The position numbers and the translations under genes were made by a program. The notes under the pieces were generated by a model. The model worked only from the letters and a program-made list of their open reading frames with translations. It was not told the DNA's origin and made no database searches. Positions 18,551-26,480 of a stretch of 35,441 nt of DNA are shown one piece after another (position 1 is the first letter of the stretch; every line of letters begins with the position of its first letter). The stretch is from an uncultured bacterium (lineage in GTDB: Bacteria > Patescibacteriota > Microgenomatia > UBA1400 > UBA12108): positions 1 through 35,441 of the forward strand of contig CAXCDZ010000002.1 of the NCBI GenBank assembly GCA_963981525.1. Reading direction: 5' to 3'.

Positions 18551-20203
18551 TTATACCGCGGATTCACCTGACTCGAGAGGTTCTGTGGATTTGGCGAGTG
18601 CCTTATGCCAGTTGCCGAGCTTGCCGAAGAGTTTGACGAAGATCGAGAGCTCGGGAACACGCAAGAGATATGAGAGTGAGATATAGACTGAGATACCGAT
18701 CACGGTGACGGTGATGGTGAGGAGGATAAGAGGGAAAGTCCGCGTGGTATCAAAGATCATTTGATCAAGGAATCTGAGAGGGATCCAGAGGGAGAGAGTC
18801 GTGATTGCGGTGAGCGTGAGCATGCGAAGGAGAGGTTTTGCGAGGTTAGCTAGATTAAACTGAGCGAGGCGATAGAGGGCGAGGGTGAGAATGATGGTCT
18901 CGAGAATCGAGGCGACGGTGATAGCGGTTGCCATACCAATTATGCCTGAGCGTAGAATGATCAGAAGATAATAACTGAGACTGATGTTAACGGTGGTTGA
19001 GATGAGGTTAATGATCAGGGGAGTTTTGGTATTGTGGAGAGCGTAGTAGACCCTGACGATGACGTGGGTGAGGGAACGAGCTGCGACTGAGATGGCAAGG
19101 ATCGCGACTAGCTTAGCTGTAGTAACAGTCTCGCTCCACGGAAAAGAGTCAGCACCGTATGCAAGGCGGACGAGAGGAATACGTAGAATGAGAAGGATCG
19201 CTGAGGCGGGGAGGGCGAGATACATCATTTCGAGAATGGTGCGATTGACCATACGAGCAAGGTGTTTGAGTGTGCCACTATCTGCCTCTTTGGTTAAGAA
19301 TGGGAGAGAAGCCTGTCCGATAGGAATACCAATGAGGCGGATCGGGAGACCGGAGAGCTGCTGGGCGATGGCCATCATAGTGACTGTGCCAGATGAAAGG
19401 AGAGTAGAAAAAACGATGATGGCAGTCTGCTCAACCTGGATCAAAGAAAGCGTGAGGGCGCGTGGGAGCATGAGTCTGGTCATTTCTCGGATTGTGCCCG
19501 TACCTTTACCCCAAGTGAATTGGTAACGGAAACCTAGTTTGAGAGCGAGGGGGATCTGGGCTGCAAGATGAAGAATCGCACCGATAACGACGCCAACTGC
19601 AGGACCATAAATGCCGAGGGTGGGACCCAGAACGACGATACCAATGATAATGCCGAGATTATAGAGAATTGGAGAGAGGGCGGGAATGAGGAAGCGCTTG
19701 TGAGACTGGATAATCCCAGTGAGGAAACTGGAGAAACCAAAAAATAACTGAGCAAGAGCCATGATGCGAGTGAGAGAAGTCATGAGATCAAGCTGGGCAG
19801 AATCGAAGCCACGTCCAATCATGGCACTAAGAGGGCGCGCAAAAACTAGAATAGCAATCGAGAGTGCCATCATACCGAGCATGACGTAACTAATCATGGA
19901 GGAGGCGATGATGTTGCTCTTTTTTCTATTACTGATGTGTTTGGAAAAAATGGGAATGAATGCTGAGGAGAGAGCGCCGACAATGATAATCTGAAAAACC
20001 ATGTCTGGAAGACGGAATGCCGCCCAGAAAACATCCACGAGCTCCTTGGTGTTATAGAAGTAGCTGATGAGTAGTCTGGTACGGATGACTCCAAGCAGTG
20101 CGGAGAGTAAAGTCGCGACCATGATGATGGTGGCGGCAGAGAGGATCGAGGAGTTTTGTTTTTCGAGTAAATGCTGACCGTTACGAACGAGGCGTTTGAA
20201 CAT
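18551..20203 (-). CDS. murJ: Lipid II flippase MurJ (MviN family)
   Basis: 550 aa and polytopic (about 14 hydrophobic segments). The N-terminus SILSAATIIMVATLLSALLGVIRTRLLISYF...AFRLPDMVFQIIIVGALSSAFIPIFS is typical of MurJ. Confidence 0.88.
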   Translation of the reverse strand: MFKRLVRNGQHLLEKQNSSILSAATIIMVATLLSALLGVIRTRLLISYFYNTKELVDVFWAAFRLPDMVFQIIIVGALSSAFIPIFSKHISNRKKSNIIASSMISYVMLGMMALSIAILVFARPLSAMIGRGFDSAQLDLMTSLTRIMALAQLFFGFSSFLTGIIQSHKRFLIPALSPILYNLGIIIGIVVLGPTLGIYGPAVGVVIGAILHLAAQIPLALKLGFRYQFTWGKGTGTIREMTRLMLPRALTLSLIQVEQTAIIVFSTLLSSGTVTMMAIAQQLSGLPIRLIGIPIGQASLPFLTKEADSGTLKHLARMVNRTILEMMYLALPASAILLILRIPLVRLAYGADSFPWSETVTTAKLVAILAISVAARSLTHVIVRVYYALHNTKTPLIINLISTTVNISLSYYLLIILRSGIIGMATAITVASILETIILTLALYRLAQFNLANLAKPLLRMLTLTAITTLSLWIPLRFLDQMIFDTTRTFPLILLTITVTVIGISVYISLSYLLRVPELSIFVKLFGKLGNWHKALAKSTEPLESGESAV

Positions 20204-20224
20204 AGCAATAAGTGTACTACAAGA

Positions 20225-20280
20225 TCTGTCCTTTTGGGGCTGCTTTTCGGGCTTGAAGCCTCGAGTCCTTTAAGGACAGA
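20225..20280 (+). repeat. Palindromic repeat element, copy B (TCTGTCCTT...AAGGACAGA)
   Basis: The interior TTTTGGGGCTGCTTTTCGGGCTTGAAGCCTCGAGTCCTTT is nearly identical to copies C and D. The terminal stems changed in a compensatory way. Lies in the divergent murJ/rpsT intergenic region. Confidence 0.85.
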
Positions 20281-20315
20281 CCTTCTGACGGCTTACAGAA
20301 CACAACCATTGGTAG

Positions 20316-20345
20316 TTGCAGTCATGCCTGCCTCTGGGGTATACT
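20316..20345 (+). promoter_or_regulatory. rpsT promoter TTGCAG-N18-TATACT, 7 nt before the ATG (leaderless-type)
   Basis: TTGCAG is at 20316-20321, TATACT at 20340-20345, and the ATG at 20353. There is no SD between them. Confidence 0.55.
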
Positions 20346-20352
20346 ACGCTCC

Positions 20353-20676
20353 ATGCCAATAACAAAATCAGCAATCAAAAAACTCCGTGTGGATAAACGC
20401 AGAGTTCTTATTAACCGCCCGGTAAAGGCGAGAATGAAGACTGCTCTTAAGAATGCACGAGCTAACCCAACTCCAGAAACAATCAGCAAACTCTACTCTG
20501 CACTAGACCGAGCAGTCAAGACCAACATCACGACCCGAAACACTGCAGCAAGACTCAAGGCTCGCTTAGCCAAGTCAATGAAAGCTAAAAAGCTTGAGAG
20601 TCCATTTGGCAAGAAAGCAGTCAAGCCCACAACCGCGAAAAAAGTAGTGAAGAAACCTGTTAAAGCAAGTAAATAA
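20353..20676 (+). CDS. rpsT: 30S ribosomal protein S20
   Basis: 107 aa. MPITKSAIKKLRVDKRRVLINRPVKARMKTALK is the canonical S20 N-terminus. Lys/Ala-rich. Confidence 0.93.
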   Translation: MPITKSAIKKLRVDKRRVLINRPVKARMKTALKNARANPTPETISKLYSALDRAVKTNITTRNTAARLKARLAKSMKAKKLESPFGKKAVKPTTAKKVVKKPVKASK

Positions 20677-20721
20677 TCTAAGTTGGTGGAATGTTCTAAA
20701 CGGTTGGTATAAGATGAGGGT

Positions 20722-21303
20722 ATGGTTAAGTTGCCCGCTTTTTTTGGTAAAAACAAATCAATCAATCTATTGCCACGTGATAGCTTTGAGTCAAGCACGA
20801 TTGGTGTGGTTCTGGAGTGGGCGCTGGCTTTTGGTAAGTGGGCGGTAATTATCACCCAATTAGTAGTGATGGTGACTTTTTTGTGGAGGTTTGGATTAGA
20901 TCGTAAACTCACGAACATCAGAAGAGATATTGCGCAAGAAGTGGCAGTGGTGAAGTCGTATGAAGAGCTGGAGGAGAAGTTCTTACTAACCCAAAGGAGT
21001 GTTAATTATGCTGGCGAGGTCCTTAGTAGGCAGGCTGAGGTGGTGGATCTGGTCAAGCTCGTCCAGTCACTGACACCGAATGACGTATGGTATGAACGCT
21101 TTTCACTAAATCCAACCACTATCACGATCACAGCATATTCGGCTTCACTGAATGGGTTTAGTCGTTATCTGTCAGCTCTACAAAAAGAGCCAGCATTCAC
21201 GAATGTGAATGTGGCGAGTATTGAGAACGGTGGAGGCAAGGAGGCACAGCTCTCGTTTAATGTGACTTTGACCTATGCGGAAGCTAAGAAGGGCAAAAAA
21301 TGA
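20722..21303 (+). CDS. pilN: PilN-like type IV pilus assembly (alignment) protein
   Basis: 193 aa. N-terminal INLLPRD motif, then one TM (WAVIITQLVVMVTFLW), a coiled coil and a C-terminal ferredoxin-like segment (VWYERFSLNPTTITITAYSASLNGFSRYLSALQKEPAF), which is the PilN architecture. Confidence 0.7.
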   Translation: MVKLPAFFGKNKSINLLPRDSFESSTIGVVLEWALAFGKWAVIITQLVVMVTFLWRFGLDRKLTNIRRDIAQEVAVVKSYEELEEKFLLTQRSVNYAGEVLSRQAEVVDLVKLVQSLTPNDVWYERFSLNPTTITITAYSASLNGFSRYLSALQKEPAFTNVNVASIENGGGKEAQLSFNVTLTYAEAKKGKK

Positions 21304-21980
21304 CGCAGAAAACAAAGATGGCTAGTTCGAGAGCAAGAAAGTATTCGCTGGATCTATCTCGCTATTATCGCAAACCATCCACTCAGGTATCGCTCTCGAT
21401 TGTTCTGTCGTTTTTTATTGTGGCATTCTTCTTACTTGTGGCAATCAAGCCAACACTAGTCACGATTACGAAGCTAAAGCTCGAAATTGAAGAGTCAGAG
21501 ACTACACTAGTTAAGCTCACGGCCAAGGCCGAGTCTCTCACCCAAGCAGCGCGCGTTTGGGAGACGATCCAGCCCGCTTTGCCGTATGTCAAGACTAGTA
21601 TTCCACAGGAAGGTGTGGAGTACAACAAACTGACCAAATCTATCGAGATCCTGGCACAGGAAAGTGGAGTGGAGATAACGAGTATGACACTCGGTGAGTC
21701 ACTCCTGTATTCGCAGATATTAGAGGTATATGCGGGAAAGAATCAAGAGGTGGTCGAGATGCCAATCACAATTAGAGTGGTCGGGAGCTTCCCACAGACA
21801 CTGGGATTCATGGAGAGCGTGCTTAAGTTGGACCGGTTGATGGGAGTTGAGTCGGTGACTGTGAATCGAGAGGTAAAAGGGATTGACGCAAGTGTGGTGG
21901 GAATGGCAATCAATGGAAATGTGCAGTATTTGGCCAACACAAAAATGCTAAACAAAGCAATTAATCCGGAGGGCAAGTAA
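21300..21980 (+). CDS. pilO: PilO-like type IV pilus assembly protein
   Basis: 226 aa. One TM (VSLSIVLSFFIVAFFLLVAI), a coiled coil, then PITIRVVGSFPQTLGFMESVLKLDRLMGVESVTV, which matches the PilO core pattern. ATGA overlap with pilN. Confidence 0.65.
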   Translation: MTQKTKMASSRARKYSLDLSRYYRKPSTQVSLSIVLSFFIVAFFLLVAIKPTLVTITKLKLEIEESETTLVKLTAKAESLTQAARVWETIQPALPYVKTSIPQEGVEYNKLTKSIEILAQESGVEITSMTLGESLLYSQILEVYAGKNQEVVEMPITIRVVGSFPQTLGFMESVLKLDRLMGVESVTVNREVKGIDASVVGMAINGNVQYLANTKMLNKAINPEGK

Positions 21981-22264
21981 TGTCAAGAAAAAGCACAGTT
22001 ATGGTTAAGAGGTCGATCTATCAGATGGGAGTGGTAACGGTGACAGCGAGTGTAATCTGGATTGGGGTGGCGATCTATCAAACCCTAGTCACACCAGTCG
22101 ACGTCAATGTGCCAGTTGAGATGCTAAAACCACTCTCTCCCGTGCTTAGTGGAGAGACATTAACTGAACTCACGACAAGAAGACAGATGGAAAACCAAGA
22201 TTGGAGCTCACTAAGCAAGGTGCAGGTGCGTGAGTCCAGTAGTTCTGGAGTAGCACAACGATAG
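21980..22264 (+). CDS. Small single-pass membrane protein (94 aa), operon member
   Basis: TAATG overlap with the pilO-like gene. One TM (VVTVTASVIWIGVAIY). No recognised family. Confidence 0.5.
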   Translation: MSRKSTVMVKRSIYQMGVVTVTASVIWIGVAIYQTLVTPVDVNVPVEMLKPLSPVLSGETLTELTTRRQMENQDWSSLSKVQVRESSSSGVAQR

Positions 22265-22288
22265 CTTTGTTGATAGGATAAAAATACG

Positions 22289-23605
22289 ATGAATTTTTTA
22301 ACCAGGCGATTACCAACAATACTAGGACTACTAATTCTCGTGGGAATCGGATGGGGGTTGTGGGGATATATTCAGAATAGTCGACCAATAATCTCTGAAA
22401 GCATCAGGCCTCAAAAAGTGCGAGTGACGAATGTGGCTGACAACAAATTCTCGGTGTCATGGATAACTAGTGAAATGAGTATGGGAAAGATTGAGTACGG
22501 GGGAGAGGGAGAGAAACTATCACTTGTGGCTGGGGATGACCGAGGAGGAGTGAGTGAGCTCCATACAGTCCACCACGTAACAATCAGAGATTTGCAGCCC
22601 AACACTTCATATACATTCCGGGTTATTTCTGGCCAGACGGGGGCGAAGTTTGATAATAATGGTAGCCCATACTCTGTGACTACAGGCAAGGTGATCGGGG
22701 CAACACCGGTGGCGAAGAGTTTTTATGGCACAGTTAAGGATGTGGGAGCGGACGGGGCGATCGTGTATATCGCGCTCCCGAATGCAGAGCCAGTTTCGAC
22801 AATTGTGACAACGAGTGGGAGTTATTCGATACCGGTCTCGACGATTAGGTCTGGGGATGGGAAAAGTTATGTGAATTATAATGAGCAGACCACGGTGGCG
22901 AGCGTGAGTGTGGAGGACGGAAATCAGAGCGCGGTAGCGACAATTTTGATGAGTGGAGTAACTCCAGTACCAACAATTACGATGGGTCAAGACTATGACT
23001 TTCGTAATAATGTGGCAATTGAGCCTGAGGTCGCGCAGGTAGAACCAGGAACGACCCCAGAACCTATCTCGATCCTGAACGTCGAGCCTTTGCAGGTTGC
23101 GAGTGTGGGGAGCGCGGAGATTACGATTCTTAACCCGGGAATAGACGGAGAGGAGCTAGCGACTACCCTACCCGAGTTTCGAGGGCTTGCGCCAGCTGGT
23201 GAGGATCTCTCGATCACGCTGTATGCAAAGGTTAACTATAGCGATACCGCACTAACGGATATGGACGGGACATGGGAGTGGACACCACCAGAAGAACTAA
23301 CCGATGGACAGCATGAGATTATGGTTTCTTATATCGATAGTGAAGGTTATGAGCAGAAATCATCGCGAAGCTTCTTTGTTTCTGGATCACTAGCTCAGAG
23401 CGGGGATCCTGCTTTTGAGTCGACTCCTTCATCTGGAGTCTATGCGAGTCCGAGCCCCTCGACAATGGCGACAGAGAGTGCACGAGTGAGTAACCCGTCA
23501 ACAGAGTCGGGAGTGCCGGTGAGTGGGATAATTGACCATACCCTATTGACGGGAGCTCTAGGAATCGTCATTATGGTACTAGGAGCTCTAACACTAGCTC
23601 TATAA
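22289..23605 (+). CDS. Surface protein with an N-terminal anchor, a fibronectin type III-like domain, Ig-like repeats and a C-terminal hydrophobic anchor
   Basis: 438 aa. N-terminal TM LPTILGLLILVGIGWGLWGYI. FN3-like VRVTNVADNKFSVSWITSEMSMGKIEYG...HHVTIRDLQPNTSYTFRV. Ig-like segment with TDGQHEIMVSYIDSEG. C-terminus PVSGIIDHTLLTGALGIVIMVLGALTLAL. Confidence 0.65.
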   Translation: MNFLTRRLPTILGLLILVGIGWGLWGYIQNSRPIISESIRPQKVRVTNVADNKFSVSWITSEMSMGKIEYGGEGEKLSLVAGDDRGGVSELHTVHHVTIRDLQPNTSYTFRVISGQTGAKFDNNGSPYSVTTGKVIGATPVAKSFYGTVKDVGADGAIVYIALPNAEPVSTIVTTSGSYSIPVSTIRSGDGKSYVNYNEQTTVASVSVEDGNQSAVATILMSGVTPVPTITMGQDYDFRNNVAIEPEVAQVEPGTTPEPISILNVEPLQVASVGSAEITILNPGIDGEELATTLPEFRGLAPAGEDLSITLYAKVNYSDTALTDMDGTWEWTPPEELTDGQHEIMVSYIDSEGYEQKSSRSFFVSGSLAQSGDPAFESTPSSGVYASPSPSTMATESARVSNPSTESGVPVSGIIDHTLLTGALGIVIMVLGALTLAL

Positions 23606-23625
23606 AACACTGAGGATTATTGACA

Positions 23626-25416
23626 ATGCCCGATGATACACAACTAACACCACCCACGCCAGAAGCTAAGGTTGTGGATAATCCGCAAGATGTGATTGAC
23701 GAAGTACTAGGTGGAGATGAACAAAAGGGAGATAAGGATATAGTACATAGGGAGATAGAGGAAGACAAAGTAAAAGAAGCCATGCCAGTTGTAGAAGAAG
23801 TGGAAAAAGTAGAGACTCCAGAAAAAGTACCAACTGAGTTACTGACTCCACCACCAAGTATGCCAACCCCTCCCCCTATGCCGGAACCTGAGAAGCCTGA
23901 ACCAGAGAAGTTGCCGCCACTATCACCTCCCTCAGAATTACCCCCAACTACGCCAAACAAACAGGATGTCCCACTCGCTTTTGCAGGGACTCCGGCTCCA
24001 GTTACAGCTCCAACTAGCGCACCTACCCCACCCATAAAACCACTGGTTGGTAGTCCTCCACCGGCTATGCCACCTGGATTAACTCCCAAAAAGATGGTGG
24101 AGCCCAAGAAGAGTAATAAGAAGAAGGTGATGGGGATCGTGGCGGGAGTGGCACTACTGCTGGCCGCGGTGGTCGGGGGATTGAGTGGATACAAATATCT
24201 ACAAGAGCCTGTAATAATAATGAGCAACTATGCTGATAGGTTAATTAGACAAAGAGAGAAAAGTGGTGGTTGTGTTGGGGCAGCATGTATGGCACCAGAA
24301 GTTAAAGAAATTGCACGAAAAGCGTCTAGTGGTGATAGTGCTTCTCAAGCATACTTGGATAGTTTGAAAGATGATAGAGCTGGCTCTACTGGATCAAATA
24401 CGTTGGCAATATTGGAGATGACGGAAATAGCAAATGGAGATAAAGACGTAGGGGATCTGGGTGATGGGAGAGGAGAGTTTGATGTAACTAGTGGTGTAGA
24501 TGACGCTGTTAGGTACTGTAATGAACATGGTGGGTCGAATTGTGATACTGCGACTGGTATGGGTAGTTTTTTGCAAAATGCAAATGTTAATTTATACAAC
24601 GAGTATCAAAGAATTTTGGCAAGTAATGGAAGCGCTGGACTTACAGATTTAAGTGATGAAGACAAAGGAATAGCAAGTTTGTGTGGCGAGAATCACGGCA
24701 AAGTTGTGGGAATAGATAGTTGGCCGGCTGGATTTAGTGTTGACGATGGGCGAGTGACGGCGATTGATTGTAGACTCAACGTAAGCGGGAAGTACGTGGG
24801 TAAAGCATATTATGACTCCTCAGCAAGGAGTGTGAGTGATCTTTATAGTAATGGTAATAATGTAAATGGCTGTGCTGGACTTACTGGACTTACTGGACTT
24901 ACAAGAACATCGGATGGAGAGTCCCATCGTGGAGGATTTGTGGGTTGTAATGGATCTCAGAATTGTTTCTGCAGTGGAGGTGTTGAAGTGGGTGGTCAAT
25001 ATACTTCTGGCAAGCTGGAGTGCTTTGATGATTATGCGGGAGATTCGTGTGCATATGAGAGAACTGGCACATATACTGCTCCAAGCTCACCGCCAGATTC
25101 ACCTCCTGATACCCCTCCTAATACCCCCGCAACTCTCATGTGTAGCTCGATAGCAAAAGATGTGGTGTCACCGAAGATCGGGGATAAGGTCGTGTTTACT
25201 TGTGCAGGTGCCGTGACTCCGACAGATGCAACTGCCCTTACGTACGAGTTTAGATACAGACGTAATGCAGGTGAGTGGTTTGATCTTACTGCGACTGGGA
25301 CAAAGACTGAGTTTACGATTGCGCTGGCCGGAGATTACGACGTACAGTGCAAAACGTGCGGAACAATTGATAATGCGTCAGTTTGTGATCCAACATGGGT
25401 AGGCGCAAGCCAATAA
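23626..25416 (+). CDS. Large single-pass membrane protein: acidic/Pro-rich cytoplasmic N-region, Cys-rich extracellular region, C-terminal Ig-like domain
   Basis: Start set at ATG 23626, with GAGGA 9 nt upstream. The track start at 23620 is a TTG. TM VMGIVAGVALLLAAVVGGLSGY is preceded by KKSNKKK. At least 20 Cys lie downstream. A PSSPPDSPPDTPPNTP linker precedes the terminal domain. Confidence 0.6.
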   Translation: MPDDTQLTPPTPEAKVVDNPQDVIDEVLGGDEQKGDKDIVHREIEEDKVKEAMPVVEEVEKVETPEKVPTELLTPPPSMPTPPPMPEPEKPEPEKLPPLSPPSELPPTTPNKQDVPLAFAGTPAPVTAPTSAPTPPIKPLVGSPPPAMPPGLTPKKMVEPKKSNKKKVMGIVAGVALLLAAVVGGLSGYKYLQEPVIIMSNYADRLIRQREKSGGCVGAACMAPEVKEIARKASSGDSASQAYLDSLKDDRAGSTGSNTLAILEMTEIANGDKDVGDLGDGRGEFDVTSGVDDAVRYCNEHGGSNCDTATGMGSFLQNANVNLYNEYQRILASNGSAGLTDLSDEDKGIASLCGENHGKVVGIDSWPAGFSVDDGRVTAIDCRLNVSGKYVGKAYYDSSARSVSDLYSNGNNVNGCAGLTGLTGLTRTSDGESHRGGFVGCNGSQNCFCSGGVEVGGQYTSGKLECFDDYAGDSCAYERTGTYTAPSSPPDSPPDTPPNTPATLMCSSIAKDVVSPKIGDKVVFTCAGAVTPTDATALTYEFRYRRNAGEWFDLTATGTKTEFTIALAGDYDVQCKTCGTIDNASVCDPTWVGASQ

Positions 25417-26387
25417 ATACTATGATTAAAATAAAAAACAAGAAAAAGAATATTGCTCTGATCGTAGGGGGGATATTTGCGACGATCATGCTTGCTGTGT
25501 TGGTCGTGTACTCGATTAACAAGCCAGCAACAGAGCAAGTAGCGCCAAGTCCAGTCCCCACTGCGCAGCCAATTGTAGTAAATGAAGTTACTCTTCCTGA
25601 CGTCTGTTCACTGAGCTTTTCGGTGAGTGAGATGGTGCCGCCAGTTTGTAATGAGGCGTGTAATGACACAACACTTATCTGCCCCACTGACCAAGAATGT
25701 ATCTATGCTGATGCGTCTGACACGACTGGATTATGTAGATTGCCGGCATATCCGGATAGTGCGACCTGCACCCCACCTGGAGAATCCCCAACTCCTTCTC
25801 CTTCGATTACTCCATCCCCATCTCCATCAGATAGTCCAAATGCTCTACTAGACTGTGTTGTGAAGCGAGTTTATGAAGATGACTCGCAGAATGCTGCGGG
25901 AGTGTATTATCTAAACCGAGAGATCACGGACACTAACACCTTAACTAATGGACAAGTAATCGTGTACAACATAGTAGTTGCTAACACGGGTGACGGAGAA
26001 GTGTCTGAGACGACGATAGAGGATGTGCTCTCAAGCAACCTCACTTATATGGACGCAAGTAGCGGGTGTACGTATGACTCGACGAGTCGTAAGGTAACGT
26101 GTGCGGTGGGAACAGTGCCGGGTAACACTGAGACGAGTAAGTCGATTAGAGTGAGTGTGGCAACATCTGGAACAACCTCGATCAATAACCGAGCAGATGT
26201 GTTCTCGACCAATGGTCAGCGCGATGTTTGTGAGATCACAGTCGGTACCACTGGCGTAATCGAACAGCCACCCTCTCCCGTACCAAGCTCGCTACCTGAA
26301 GCTGGAGTGATGGAGGTGACGACTGCAACACTATCTATTGGAGTACTACTGCTACTGGTTGGTGGACTTGGGTTGCTACTACTATAA
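25395..26387 (+). CDS. Surface protein with a Cys-rich knot, Pro/Ser linker, DUF11-like repeat domain and an LPEAG plus hydrophobic C-terminus
   Basis: 330 aa, with an alternative ATG at 25422 (MIKIKNKKKN). N-terminal anchor IALIVGGIFATIMLAVLVVY. DUF11-like VYNIVVANTGDGEVSETTIEDVLSSNLTYMDAS. The C-terminus LPEAGVMEVTTATLSIGVLLLLVGGLGLLLL looks like a sorting signal. Confidence 0.65.
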   Translation: MGRRKPINTMIKIKNKKKNIALIVGGIFATIMLAVLVVYSINKPATEQVAPSPVPTAQPIVVNEVTLPDVCSLSFSVSEMVPPVCNEACNDTTLICPTDQECIYADASDTTGLCRLPAYPDSATCTPPGESPTPSPSITPSPSPSDSPNALLDCVVKRVYEDDSQNAAGVYYLNREITDTNTLTNGQVIVYNIVVANTGDGEVSETTIEDVLSSNLTYMDASSGCTYDSTSRKVTCAVGTVPGNTETSKSIRVSVATSGTTSINNRADVFSTNGQRDVCEITVGTTGVIEQPPSPVPSSLPEAGVMEVTTATLSIGVLLLLVGGLGLLLL

Positions 26388-26409
26388 AGAAAGTCTTTAA
26401 TTCCCAATA

Positions 26410-26471
26410 GGGTCTGACCTTTTTGGGCTGCTTTTCGGGCTTGAAGCCTCGAGTCCTTTAAGGTCAGACCC
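26410..26471 (+). repeat. Palindromic repeat element, copy C (GGGTCTGACCTT...AAGGTCAGACCC)
   Basis: Lies between convergent stop codons (26387 on plus, 26481 on minus). The interior TTTGGGCTGCTTTTCGGGCTTGAAGCCTCGAGTCCTTT is shared with copies B and D. Confidence 0.9.
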
Positions 26472-26480
26472 TTTAGTCCC

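Noticed and set aside
20204-20352. The strand-switch region between murJ and rpsT as a possible replication origin.
   Set aside because: There are no DnaA-box-like 9-mers (TTATCCACA variants), no AT-rich unwinding element and no dnaA/dnaN nearby. The region is occupied by a repeat copy and the rpsT promoter.
21301-21303. Possible UGA recoding, as in some CPR lineages that use code 25.
   Set aside because: TGA ends several well-defined genes at the expected protein length (pilN-like at the ATGA junction, grpE, the toxin remnant), and no conserved protein here requires read-through of an in-frame TGA.
23571-24227. A 218-aa Gly/Ser-rich ORF lies antisense to the start of the 596-aa surface protein.
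   Set aside because: It is the mirror image of the Pro/Glu-rich coding region (CCN codons read as GGN on the other strand). It overlaps two sense-strand genes.
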